Below, one piece after another: positions 39,474 to 48,455 of a stretch of DNA of 64,000 bases. Each line of letters opens with the position of its first letter. Position 1 is the stretch's first letter. Source of the stretch: Candidatus Poseidoniaceae archaeon (GTDB taxonomy: Archaea > Thermoplasmatota > Poseidoniia > Poseidoniales > Poseidoniaceae); NCBI GenBank assembly GCA_938030705.1, contig CALHIR010000003.1, positions 36,706 through 100,705 on the forward strand, given 5' to 3'. Below the pieces are notes generated by a model. It saw only the letters and a program-made list of their open reading frames with translations, did no database searches and had not been told where the DNA came from. The position numbers were made by a program, and so were the translations under genes.

Positions 39474-39569
39474 GGTGTCCCCTCTCAACTTTAATGAACA
39501 TTTTACGGTATATAATGAAATTCAACCGGGCCTTTGACCTGCTCGCAAAGGATTCACCGGCAGGGCCAC

Positions 39570-39608
39570 TATAAACCCAAGCCAGCATGTTCTTGAACGG
39601 CGAGAACA
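39570..39608 (+). promoter_or_regulatory. TATA box and inverted repeat upstream of the aldehyde dehydrogenase
   Basis: TATAAA at 39570-39575; TGTTCTTG-AACGG-CGAGAACA at 39588-39608. Confidence 0.4.
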
Positions 39609-39662
39609 ATCCCAACCACCGCCTCCATCACATTCAAGAGACGACTTAGATTCGCCGAAACC

Positions 39663-41291
39663 ATGACTCATGTTCTTGAAACTGGCCTGGAATACATGGA
39701 AATAACGAACCCGACCGGCAAACCCGCCGTTCGGGGCTACAACATCATCAACGGCCAACTGAAGAACGCCAGCGACGACGCAACCTTCCGCTCGACCAAC
39801 CCAGCCCATCTCGCCGATTGTCTGGGTGAATTCCCGCTCTCGACCCGAGACGATGTCCGCGAAGCCCTCCAAGCCGCCCACGCTGCGTTCCCCGATTGGG
39901 CCGCCACGCCGGCGCCGACCCGCGGGCAAATCATTGGCAACATGGGGCGCCTCTTGATGGAACACAAGGACGCGCTTGTGGCCCTCGAGACTCGTGAAAT
40001 TGGAAAAACGCTCAAAGAATCCGGCGGTGAAATTCAAGAAGCCATCGACACCTGTCTTTTCTTCCAATCCGAAGGTCGCCGGCTTTACGGACAAACCGTG
40101 AATTCAGAACTTCCCGACAAAGAGCTGTTCACCTACCGCAGGCCACTGGGCGTATGCGGCATCATCAACGCCTGCAACTTCCCCTCCGCTGTGCCGTTCT
40201 GGAAGATGATCCCCGCCATCATGTGCGGCAACACCTGCGTTTGGAAGAGTCCTCAGGACGCCCCCTTGCTCTCTTTTGCCCTGGCTCGCATCATGCACGA
40301 AGCCGGCCTTCCCGATGGCGTGATCAACCTCGTTCACGGCAAAGGCAGCGGCGCAGGTCAGTATTTGGTTGACGCCGTTGACGAAGGCTTGGTCAACAAG
40401 ATCTCCTTCACGGGTTCGACCGGCGTTGGGAAGATGATCGGCGAAGTGTGTGGACGAAACCTCGTTTCCTGTTCACTGGAACTGGGCGGAAAGAACCCGC
40501 TGGTCGTCATGCCCTCGGCCGACATGAACAACGCCGTTGAAGGAGCCTACTGGGGCGCCTTTGGTACCGCCGGCCAACGCTGCACGAGCCTTGGCAACCT
40601 CATCGTCCACGAGAGCATTTACGACGAGTTCATGGAGAAATTCATGGCGAAGGTCAAGTCCACCCGCATTGGAAATTCATTGGTGCACAAGGACGTGCTC
40701 TACGGCCCCATGCTCTCCGAAAAGTACGCTGAGGACTTCCTCGCAGGACTTGAGATGGCCAAGGCCAGCGGCGCAACCCAGATTTGGGGCGAAGGACCCA
40801 TCACCGCCGATAACGCCCCTGAGAATTTCATGGGCGATGCCTCCGAAGGCGTGTTCATGTGGCCCCACGTCTTTGTCGATGTCACGGAAGACATGGCGTG
40901 TTTCCACGAAGAAATCTTCGGCCCGGCGGTCACCGTGGTCAAAGCGAAAGATTTCGACCATGCGCTCCACCTCGCCAACGCCAGCCCCTACGGCCTTTCG
41001 TCGGCCATTTACACCAACGACCGGCTCGAAGCTTACCGCTACAAAACCGGCATCAAAGCGGGCATGACGGGCATCAACAACTCCACCACCGGTGCGGAAG
41101 CCCACCTGCCCTTTGGCGGGGTCAAAGGCTCAGGAAACGGCACCCGTGAATCAGGTATATGGGTCATCGAAGCCTACTCTTACTGGCATGCGGTGAACGA
41201 TGAGTTGTCGGGCAAACTCCAACTCGCCCAGATGGATGTTGACGAGATCGACATGGTTGAAGCCGAGGTCAATTGGTCAGAATTGGCTTGA
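39663..41291 (+). CDS. Aldehyde dehydrogenase family protein
   Basis: NFP, FTGSTGVG, LELGGKNP, GQRCT, EEIFGP, PFGGVKGSG. Confidence 0.95.
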   Translation: MTHVLETGLEYMEITNPTGKPAVRGYNIINGQLKNASDDATFRSTNPAHLADCLGEFPLSTRDDVREALQAAHAAFPDWAATPAPTRGQIIGNMGRLLMEHKDALVALETREIGKTLKESGGEIQEAIDTCLFFQSEGRRLYGQTVNSELPDKELFTYRRPLGVCGIINACNFPSAVPFWKMIPAIMCGNTCVWKSPQDAPLLSFALARIMHEAGLPDGVINLVHGKGSGAGQYLVDAVDEGLVNKISFTGSTGVGKMIGEVCGRNLVSCSLELGGKNPLVVMPSADMNNAVEGAYWGAFGTAGQRCTSLGNLIVHESIYDEFMEKFMAKVKSTRIGNSLVHKDVLYGPMLSEKYAEDFLAGLEMAKASGATQIWGEGPITADNAPENFMGDASEGVFMWPHVFVDVTEDMACFHEEIFGPAVTVVKAKDFDHALHLANASPYGLSSAIYTNDRLEAYRYKTGIKAGMTGINNSTTGAEAHLPFGGVKGSGNGTRESGIWVIEAYSYWHAVNDELSGKLQLAQMDVDEIDMVEAEVNWSELA

Positions 41292-41297
41292 TTTTTT
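41292..41297 (+). terminator. Oligo-T tract after the ALDH stop (archaeal-type terminator candidate)
   Basis: TTTTTT immediately after TGA 41289-41291. Confidence 0.35.
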
Positions 41298-41357
41298 ACC
41301 AGAAACGCCCTGCGGCTCAATGGTGAACCTCAAAGACCCTGCGCCACTGGATTGACT

Positions 41358-41374
41358 TGTTCCCATAGGGAACA
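41358..41374. promoter_or_regulatory. Perfect inverted repeat upstream of the sdh operon
   Basis: TGTTCCC-ATA-GGGAACA, 12 bp before ATG 41387. Confidence 0.4.
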
Positions 41375-41386
41375 GAGGGATTTTGA

Positions 41387-42226
41387 ATGGGTGAAGGCAT
41401 CAAACTCCCGGTCCTCAACGGGCTGGGACGCACCAACCGAATTGACAATTGGTGGAGTAAACCTATGGCCATGGGCATTGGGTTAACCGCCGCACTCATC
41501 TACACGGTTTGGCGCCTCTTCCTTTACGGCACCGAAACTGCCAACGGAGGCTCGCTCATCTCTTACGAACTTCATGGCAGTACCGTCATGTCACCCATCT
41601 TTTCGCCCAATGTTTTGGAATGGAACCTGTTTGGCTTGAACGAATGGAACCATCCGGAGTGGGTGAACGCCGCCATCCTCGTTCTGTGGATTCCCTTCGG
41701 CTTCCGTGGCACGTGCTACTACATGCGACGCGTCTACTACCGCACCTTCTTCGCCAGCCCAACCGCGTGTTGGGTGGACGAACCGGACATTAACAAGGCC
41801 ATCGGCTACAAGGGTGAGAAGCGTTTGTTCATCTTCAACAACCTCCACCGTTATTTCCTCTACGCCGCCATGATCATCTTGGTCATCAAATGGTGGGACG
41901 TTACCCACACCATACACTTCACCGAAGACGGGATTAACGGGTACGGTGCATCCATCGGCACCTTCGTCATGGGGCTTGAGGCTTTCCTGCTCACGATGTA
42001 CGTCACCTCCTGCCACGCTCTGCGGCACCTTGCCGGCGGCATGCTTGACCGTTGGACCACGGGCATCAGCCGAGCTCGAGGCGTGCTGTTTGGAAAAATT
42101 AGCGTGTTGAACCGGTCCCATGGTTTTTGGTTCTGGACCTCGTTGATTTTCGTGTTCCTGGGAGACCTTTGGGTACTGGCAGTGGCCGAGGGACATTTGA
42201 GCGACATGGTGCTTTTCCACGTGTGA
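41387..42226 (+). CDS. Succinate dehydrogenase membrane anchor, mycobacterial Sdh1 (Rv0249c)-like
   Basis: About five TM; GFRGTCYYMRRVYYR, NNLHRYF, SCHALRH, NRSH; first gene of the sdh operon. Confidence 0.82.
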   Translation: MGEGIKLPVLNGLGRTNRIDNWWSKPMAMGIGLTAALIYTVWRLFLYGTETANGGSLISYELHGSTVMSPIFSPNVLEWNLFGLNEWNHPEWVNAAILVLWIPFGFRGTCYYMRRVYYRTFFASPTACWVDEPDINKAIGYKGEKRLFIFNNLHRYFLYAAMIILVIKWWDVTHTIHFTEDGINGYGASIGTFVMGLEAFLLTMYVTSCHALRHLAGGMLDRWTTGISRARGVLFGKISVLNRSHGFWFWTSLIFVFLGDLWVLAVAEGHLSDMVLFHV

Positions 42227-42232
42227 GGTGAG

Positions 42233-44089
42233 ATGATGAGCGAACAGACGACCAAACACGAATACGACGTCATTGTCATCGGAGCTGGCGGTGCTGGCCT
42301 CCGTGCCGCCATCGAAGCCGCCCGTAGCGGCGCCAAGACCGCCATCATCACCAAATCCCTGCTGGGCAAGGCCCACACGGTCATGGCCGAAGGTGGGTGC
42401 GCTGCAGCCCTCCAAAACGCCGACCCACGCGACGGCTGGAAGGTGCACTTCCACGACACGATGAAGGGAAGCAAGTGGCTTGCGAACTGGCGCATGGCCG
42501 AATTCCACGCCAAGGAAGCCCCCGACCGTGTTCGTGAACTCGAACAATGGGGGGCTGTGTTTGACCGCACGCCCAAGAACCTCATCAATCAACGAAACTT
42601 TGGCGGCCACACCTTCCCTCGCCTTGCTCACGTCGGCGACGCAACAGGGCTCGAGATCATCCGCACCCTGCAAGAACGTGGCATTCACGAAGGCATTGAC
42701 ATCTTCATGGAATACACGGTTCGAAGCCTCCTGAAAGAAGGCGACCGAGTCACCGGATGCGTGGCTTACACTCGTGTTGACGGTGAATTCCACGCCTTCT
42801 CTGCGAAATCCGTGGTCCTTGCGACCGGTGGCATCACACGGTGCTGGTCCGTTTGTTCAGGTTCGTGGGAATACACAGGGGATGGACACGCCCTCGCTCT
42901 GTGGGCCGGTGCTGAACTCCGCGACATGGAATTCGTCCAGTTCCACCCCACCGGGATGGTGTGGCCACCGTCCGTTCGTGGCATCCTCGTGACCGAAGGT
43001 GTTCGTGGTGAAGGTGGACGGTTGACCAACAGCGAGGGCAGCCGATTCATGTTCGACTATGTCCCTGAGATGTTCGCTGGCGACCATGCCGACACCATCG
43101 AAGAAGCCGACCAGTGGGTCGAAGAAGTGGTCAGCGGCAAGTTGGCCACCGTTCGTCGCCCGCCCGAACTTCTCACCCGCGACGTGGTGGCCAAGGCCAT
43201 CAACGAGGAAGTCAAAGCGGGACGAGGCTCCCCTCACGGCGGCGCCTTCCTCGATATTTCTCACCGTGGCGAGGAAGCCATCATGAAGAAATTGCCCTCA
43301 ATGCACCACCAGTTCAAGGAATTGGCCGGCGTGGACATCAGCAAAGAACCGATGGAGGTTGGACCGACGGCTCACTACGTGATGGGCGGCGTTATCGTCG
43401 ACGCTGAATCCCAAGAGACCACCGTGCCGGGCCTCTTTGCTTGCGGCGAGGTCGCTTCCGGGCTTCACGGCGCCAACCGCTTGGGTGGAAACTCCCTTTC
43501 CGATCTCATTGTGTTCGGTAAGCGGGCCGGTGAATTCGCAGCCAAACGTGCCAAGAACCTCGCTCAGCCCACCATCGACGATGCACAAGTCGACCAAGCC
43601 ATCACCGACATGCTCGCTCCGCTCGAGCGAGAAGGGGGAGAAAATCCCGGCCGAATCTACGATGAAATGCGCGACATGATGCAGGCAAAGGTCGGCATCA
43701 TCCGAACCAAGAAAGAACTTGAAGAAGCCCTCGAAGACATCAAGGCGTTCAAAGAACGAGCCTTGGCCTGTTCCTCGGGCACCTCTCGCAAATACAATTC
43801 TGGATGGCACCAAGCCCTTGATCTGCTCAACATGGCCGATGTCTCCCATGCAGCCACGCTGGCGGCCATCACCCGTGAGGAAAGTCGAGGTGGCCACACC
43901 CGGGATGATTTCCCCACGCCAGAAGACGAATACTGGGGCAAAACCCTCAACATCATCTGGATGGAAAGCGGCGAGATGAAGATTCGACAAGAACCTGTGG
44001 AGGAGATGCGCGACGACCTCCAGGACGCCCTCAAGGAAGTGAAGGCCATGATTGCCGACCGCGCAGCAGAAGCAGGAGGCGGAAACTAA
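42233..44089 (+). CDS. sdhA: Succinate dehydrogenase/fumarate reductase flavoprotein subunit
   Basis: GAGGAG, KAHTVMAEGG (FAD-His), QFHPTG, HYVMGG, HGANRLGGNSL, ESRGGH. Confidence 0.95.
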   Translation: MMSEQTTKHEYDVIVIGAGGAGLRAAIEAARSGAKTAIITKSLLGKAHTVMAEGGCAAALQNADPRDGWKVHFHDTMKGSKWLANWRMAEFHAKEAPDRVRELEQWGAVFDRTPKNLINQRNFGGHTFPRLAHVGDATGLEIIRTLQERGIHEGIDIFMEYTVRSLLKEGDRVTGCVAYTRVDGEFHAFSAKSVVLATGGITRCWSVCSGSWEYTGDGHALALWAGAELRDMEFVQFHPTGMVWPPSVRGILVTEGVRGEGGRLTNSEGSRFMFDYVPEMFAGDHADTIEEADQWVEEVVSGKLATVRRPPELLTRDVVAKAINEEVKAGRGSPHGGAFLDISHRGEEAIMKKLPSMHHQFKELAGVDISKEPMEVGPTAHYVMGGVIVDAESQETTVPGLFACGEVASGLHGANRLGGNSLSDLIVFGKRAGEFAAKRAKNLAQPTIDDAQVDQAITDMLAPLEREGGENPGRIYDEMRDMMQAKVGIIRTKKELEEALEDIKAFKERALACSSGTSRKYNSGWHQALDLLNMADVSHAATLAAITREESRGGHTRDDFPTPEDEYWGKTLNIIWMESGEMKIRQEPVEEMRDDLQDALKEVKAMIADRAAEAGGGN

Positions 44090-44856
44090 TGTCCCTCAAA
44101 GGTACCAAACAATCGTTCAACATTCTACGCGGCGAAGGCGACGACGCCAAACTTCAAGCCTACGATTTGGAACTCGACGAAGGCATGGTGGTCCTCGATT
44201 GTCTGCATCGAATCCAACACGACCAGGAGCCAGATATGGCCGTCCGCTGGAACTGCAAAGCCGGCAAGTGTGGCTCATGTTCTGCTGAAATCAACGGACG
44301 CCCTCGCCTGATGTGCATGACACGAATGAGCGATGTCGTCGCAGAGACCCCGGCCGGCCAACCGATTGAAATCCGCCCGATGAAGACCTTCCCTCACGTG
44401 AAGGACCTGGTCACCGATGTTAGTTGGAACTACGATGTGGCGCAACGCATCGCCCCCATCAACGGCCCCGAGGAGATGGACTGGGAGTTCAACCAAATGG
44501 AAGCCGACCGCGTGCAACACTTCCGAGAGTGCATCGAATGCTTCCTCTGCGTCAACACTTGCCACGTGCTCCGAGACCACGCACTCTTCGACGACTTCGC
44601 CGGACCGCGCAACCTCGTCCGTTTGGCTCAATACGAAATGCACCCCCTCGATACGGAAGACCGTGTGCCCGAAATCAAGAAGGAATTCGGCGTAGAATAC
44701 TGCAACATCACCCGGTGCTGCACCGAAGTCTGTCCCGCAGGCATTCAGATCACCGACGATGCCATCATCCAACTCAAGGAGCGCGTGGTCGACCGGTATT
44801 ATGACCCGTTGCAACGCATCTGGCGAACCCTCACCCGGAAGAACGTTCGCTATTGA
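44089..44856 (+). CDS. sdhB: Succinate dehydrogenase/fumarate reductase Fe-S subunit
   Basis: CKAGKCGSC..C, CIECFLCVNTC, CNITRCCTEVCP. Confidence 0.95.
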   Translation: MSLKGTKQSFNILRGEGDDAKLQAYDLELDEGMVVLDCLHRIQHDQEPDMAVRWNCKAGKCGSCSAEINGRPRLMCMTRMSDVVAETPAGQPIEIRPMKTFPHVKDLVTDVSWNYDVAQRIAPINGPEEMDWEFNQMEADRVQHFRECIECFLCVNTCHVLRDHALFDDFAGPRNLVRLAQYEMHPLDTEDRVPEIKKEFGVEYCNITRCCTEVCPAGIQITDDAIIQLKERVVDRYYDPLQRIWRTLTRKNVRY

Positions 44857-44950
44857 GCCGAAGGTGGCAACGTACGCCAAGCCCCCCTATGAACCGGTGA
44901 ATGACGAAGAAATCTTTTTGCATTCACCGCCATAGACCGTGGTGAGAAGC

Positions 44951-45562
44951 ATGTCCAAAACACCAACAATTGTTCTTATCGCGTCATCTTTGATGCTCCT
45001 CATTTCCTTTGTCGTGATGGTCGCAGGTTTCGCTGATGTTGGAGACATTGATGTGGAAAGTGAAGCCCTTTTCAAAGGGACAGCGGGAACCATCGAAGTT
45101 GAAAAAGACGCGACCTACACGATTTTTGTTGATGACGGCTACGCGTGTGAAGAGACCACAGTTTCCATCAGCGACGAGAATTATGAATACTTCATTGAGG
45201 AATGCGACCCCGTGTTTGATGAAATCGGATGGAGAGCCATCGGCATTATGGGTTCAGACACGAACAGCGTGCTGGATATTCAAGCCAATCACGAAATTCT
45301 CATCGTTGACGATATGGTGTACTTCTCAGAAGGTGGGTTTGCCGTTTTGGGAGGGAGTGGGCTCTGTTGCTTTTCCCTCATCGGCATAATCGTTGGAATT
45401 ATCTTGATGACCAGAGAAAAACCGAAGACCGTGATGATGATTCAACACCCCGGCCAATTCCAAAACTTCCAACAAATGCCCTTCACGCCGCCGACACAAG
45501 TAGAGACGGCGCCAGAACAAGAAGTTCAGGAACCGGTGTGGAATTTCCCGAAAAACCCGTGA
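44951..45562 (+). CDS. Hypothetical two-TM protein with acidic external domain
   Basis: N- and C-terminal TM helices, Q/P-rich tail. Confidence 0.7.
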   Translation: MSKTPTIVLIASSLMLLISFVVMVAGFADVGDIDVESEALFKGTAGTIEVEKDATYTIFVDDGYACEETTVSISDENYEYFIEECDPVFDEIGWRAIGIMGSDTNSVLDIQANHEILIVDDMVYFSEGGFAVLGGSGLCCFSLIGIIVGIILMTREKPKTVMMIQHPGQFQNFQQMPFTPPTQVETAPEQEVQEPVWNFPKNP

Positions 45563-45598
45563 AGGTTCCTTTCAAGCGCAAAGAGCGGAACGGGACCC

Positions 45599-46474
45599 TC
45601 AACGGGCGCTAAGCCAATCCCGTATCCAGCTTTCACCGATTCCGTCGTAATCCACATTGGGGGGCTGAAGTGGCCGCACGATGACCAGCACATCCAACTG
45701 TCCACCCCACGAAGCTTTGGCAGCGACAACCACCTCGCCAACTTTCGTACCCTCGTCCCCGACGCCAAAGGCCGTTGAATTGATGTTGTAACTTCTGAAT
45801 TCTACTTGTTCAACGCGTTCAGAATCCATCCTGATATCCAAGGTGGTGGGAGAAGGTACGGGCTGGAGGGCGATTTCTTCTGGATTGAGTCGCACGAAGG
45901 GGACTTCGTCGTCGATCAACTCGATGGCCTGATGCATTCGTTTCGTCTCCATGTCCATCAGAGACGCCAAGGTAAGAGCCACGGATTCAGCGCCCATCAC
46001 ACCCGGCTGATGCGGCAAGCGCATGCTGAGAGATTGGAGGACCACCACATCACTTGTCACCCAAGTGTACTGCTGGCCGGCGGGGTACATCGGCGCATGC
46101 GGGTTTTCGGTGAACAGGGGCGTGCCCCAATCCTCAGGCGCAACGGGTTGGGAGACGGGAAGGAAACCGGTTGCACCCAAACAAAGGACGGCCACACTGA
46201 GCGCCAGTATTCGGGGCGTTCGGTGCTCAGACCATTCTTGACGAGCAGCCGGACTCAACACGGAGAGAAGCAGTAACACGGGGAGCGCAAGCAGGGCCCC
46301 TGCCGGTAAAATCCAGAGAAGCACAGCGAATGCAAACGCCATGCGAACGCCGTTGGAGCCAATGACCCACGTCCAGTGGTGTTGCTCGCCTTCTGGCGTT
46401 CTCCGGTGGTAGAGGTACAATGCGAGCCCTCCGCCCATCAATGGAACAAACGACTGGAGTACGCCCTGCCACAT
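45599..46474 (-). CDS. Hypothetical membrane protein
   Basis: Start reassigned to ATG 46474 (MWQGVLQ); several N-terminal hydrophobic helices. Confidence 0.65.
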   Translation of the reverse strand: MWQGVLQSFVPLMGGGLALYLYHRRTPEGEQHHWTWVIGSNGVRMAFAFAVLLWILPAGALLALPVLLLLSVLSPAARQEWSEHRTPRILALSVAVLCLGATGFLPVSQPVAPEDWGTPLFTENPHAPMYPAGQQYTWVTSDVVVLQSLSMRLPHQPGVMGAESVALTLASLMDMETKRMHQAIELIDDEVPFVRLNPEEIALQPVPSPTTLDIRMDSERVEQVEFRSYNINSTAFGVGDEGTKVGEVVVAAKASWGGQLDVLVIVRPLQPPNVDYDGIGESWIRDWLSAR

Positions 46475-46563
46475 TGTGAATACCGACACGCTACCGAAAC
46501 ACGCCCGCCATAGAGGTTCGCCTCTCGCCAAGGTTGATGCGAGGGTTTCCCGTAGGGTTGAGC

Positions 46564-47586
46564 ATGGCGGAGGCACTGCTTTCCTTCCGGTCGGTGCAGC
46601 ACCGACACGCGCTTCCGGCCCCAAGCCTGTTCAGACCTTGGGGCAAGCGAGCAGGACCGGGTATTGTTGGCTTGAGCCTCGACCTCTACGAAGGGTCCGT
46701 CTTGGGCCTCATTGGACCGAATGGCGCCGGAAAAACCACCCTGCTGCGAATGATGGCTGGCGTCCTGCCCGTGCAAAAAGGAACCGTTGAAGCTCAGTTT
46801 GATGGCGAAGGTTGGCGCCCTGTCGAGGATCTTCGCCGGTGGGTTGGCCATATGCCGGAACAGGTTCGATGGCAAGGCCGAACGACGGTTTTCGAAGCCC
46901 TTAGCCAACTCGGAGAAATGCGAGGGACCTCTGAAAAGAAAATTCAGCGCTTGCTCGCCTTGGTTGGCCTGCGCTCACGACGAGACGATGCATTGGATAA
47001 CTTGAGCCAAGGCATGCGTCAACGCCTCTCCATCGCTGCGGCTTTGTTGGGCTCACCAAAGGTGCTCTTGCTCGACGAACCGTTCAACGGGCTGGACCCC
47101 GTTGCCGCTGAAGCCTTCACGGCCTTGGTTCGAACACTGGCCGCAAAGGGCGTGAGTGTGGTGATTTCGTCGCACATGGTCGCGCACCTTGAGGGGCTCA
47201 TCGACCGCATTGGTCTTCTCCATCGCGGGCAATTACTGGACGAAGGGCCGCTGGAAGATGTTGAACGTCGCCTTGGTCTCGAGGGACGGTACACTATGAC
47301 CGGAAAAGGGACGGCCGATATTACGAGTTTCGCTCCAGCCGGAGATATACTTGCACACCACGAAGACGAAGACAACTGGTCATTGACGGTGAAAGCGAAC
47401 CCTGAATCGGTGCTCTCCGCAGCCATGAAGGCCAAAGCCAACATCACTTCATGGGCGCCGATGCGACCCAATCTGGTGGAATGGTTGTGCGCAGCGACCG
47501 GCATGAGTGTTGACGATATTTCCTTGGAAGTGGCCTCTTCGGCCATGTTGCCAATGCGGACCTTGGAGGTGGGTGAAGATGAGTGA
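46564..47586 (+). CDS. ABC-2 type transporter ATP-binding protein
   Basis: GPNGAGKTT, LSQGMRQR, LLLDEP, SSH. Confidence 0.93.
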   Translation: MAEALLSFRSVQHRHALPAPSLFRPWGKRAGPGIVGLSLDLYEGSVLGLIGPNGAGKTTLLRMMAGVLPVQKGTVEAQFDGEGWRPVEDLRRWVGHMPEQVRWQGRTTVFEALSQLGEMRGTSEKKIQRLLALVGLRSRRDDALDNLSQGMRQRLSIAAALLGSPKVLLLDEPFNGLDPVAAEAFTALVRTLAAKGVSVVISSHMVAHLEGLIDRIGLLHRGQLLDEGPLEDVERRLGLEGRYTMTGKGTADITSFAPAGDILAHHEDEDNWSLTVKANPESVLSAAMKAKANITSWAPMRPNLVEWLCAATGMSVDDISLEVASSAMLPMRTLEVGEDE

Positions 47587-48409
47587 CTTCAATCGAATCA
47601 TGAAGGTCGCCGCCCGCATACGCAAAGAGCGGTTGTCTGGGATTCGCTTGAAAATCATGCTCCCTATCCTTCTTCTGTTCTTGCCCGGCATGGCTTGGGG
47701 GTTCTCCGACCCCAACATCGTGCTGCCCGGTGGCCACCAACCTGATACGGCGATGGAAGTCCTGTTTTACGCCTCCCTTGGGGTGGTGTTTGGTGCCACG
47801 ATGTGCGCTGTCTTGATGGCGTTTGATGGCGTGAGTAAAGATCGTGCCAGCGGCATGTTGGAAGTGCGTCTCGCCCAACCGATGCCTCGAAAGCATCAAG
47901 CCACGGCTCTGATTCTCGGCCATGCTCAAAGCATCCTCGTCCCCGTTTATGCTCTGCTTTTGGCATCGGTACTTGTCGTGCGATTTCGCATGGGTGAGTG
48001 GCCGTCCATCACCGAAATGCTGACCTATGCGCTTTCCACAGGGCTGGTGGTGTTTTGGTACACCCTCTTCGCTCTCCTCGCCTCAACCTCCGCGAGAGAA
48101 CAGGGCACAGCCATCGCTTTTGGCATCGGCGTCTGGTTCTTTTTCACCTTCCTCTGGGCACTGGTGACGTCCATGGTCGCCTATGCATCTGGTGTCGCTG
48201 TGGGGGAAGCCAACGACCCCGCATGGGTAGCGCTGGAAGGGATGTTGGACCTGCTTTCACCCAACGGCGTCTATCATCACCTGCTCGAAACTCAACTTCC
48301 AAGCGTGGACAGAGGCGTTCCTGCGTGGCAATCATGGCTGGCTGCTCTGCTTTGGACAGCCTTGCCTTGGTGGGCCCTCCATCACCGCATGGAACGGCTT
48401 GTTCCATGA
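47579..48409 (+). CDS. ABC-2 type transporter permease (NosY-like)
   Basis: Six TM; DGVSKDRASGMLEVRLAQPM motif; overlaps the ATPase gene. Confidence 0.88.
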   Translation: MSDFNRIMKVAARIRKERLSGIRLKIMLPILLLFLPGMAWGFSDPNIVLPGGHQPDTAMEVLFYASLGVVFGATMCAVLMAFDGVSKDRASGMLEVRLAQPMPRKHQATALILGHAQSILVPVYALLLASVLVVRFRMGEWPSITEMLTYALSTGLVVFWYTLFALLASTSAREQGTAIAFGIGVWFFFTFLWALVTSMVAYASGVAVGEANDPAWVALEGMLDLLSPNGVYHHLLETQLPSVDRGVPAWQSWLAALLWTALPWWALHHRMERLVP

Positions 48410-48455
48410 TGGATTCAACCAATTCTTCATGAAGGCGAAAGGCGACCGATGTGTT

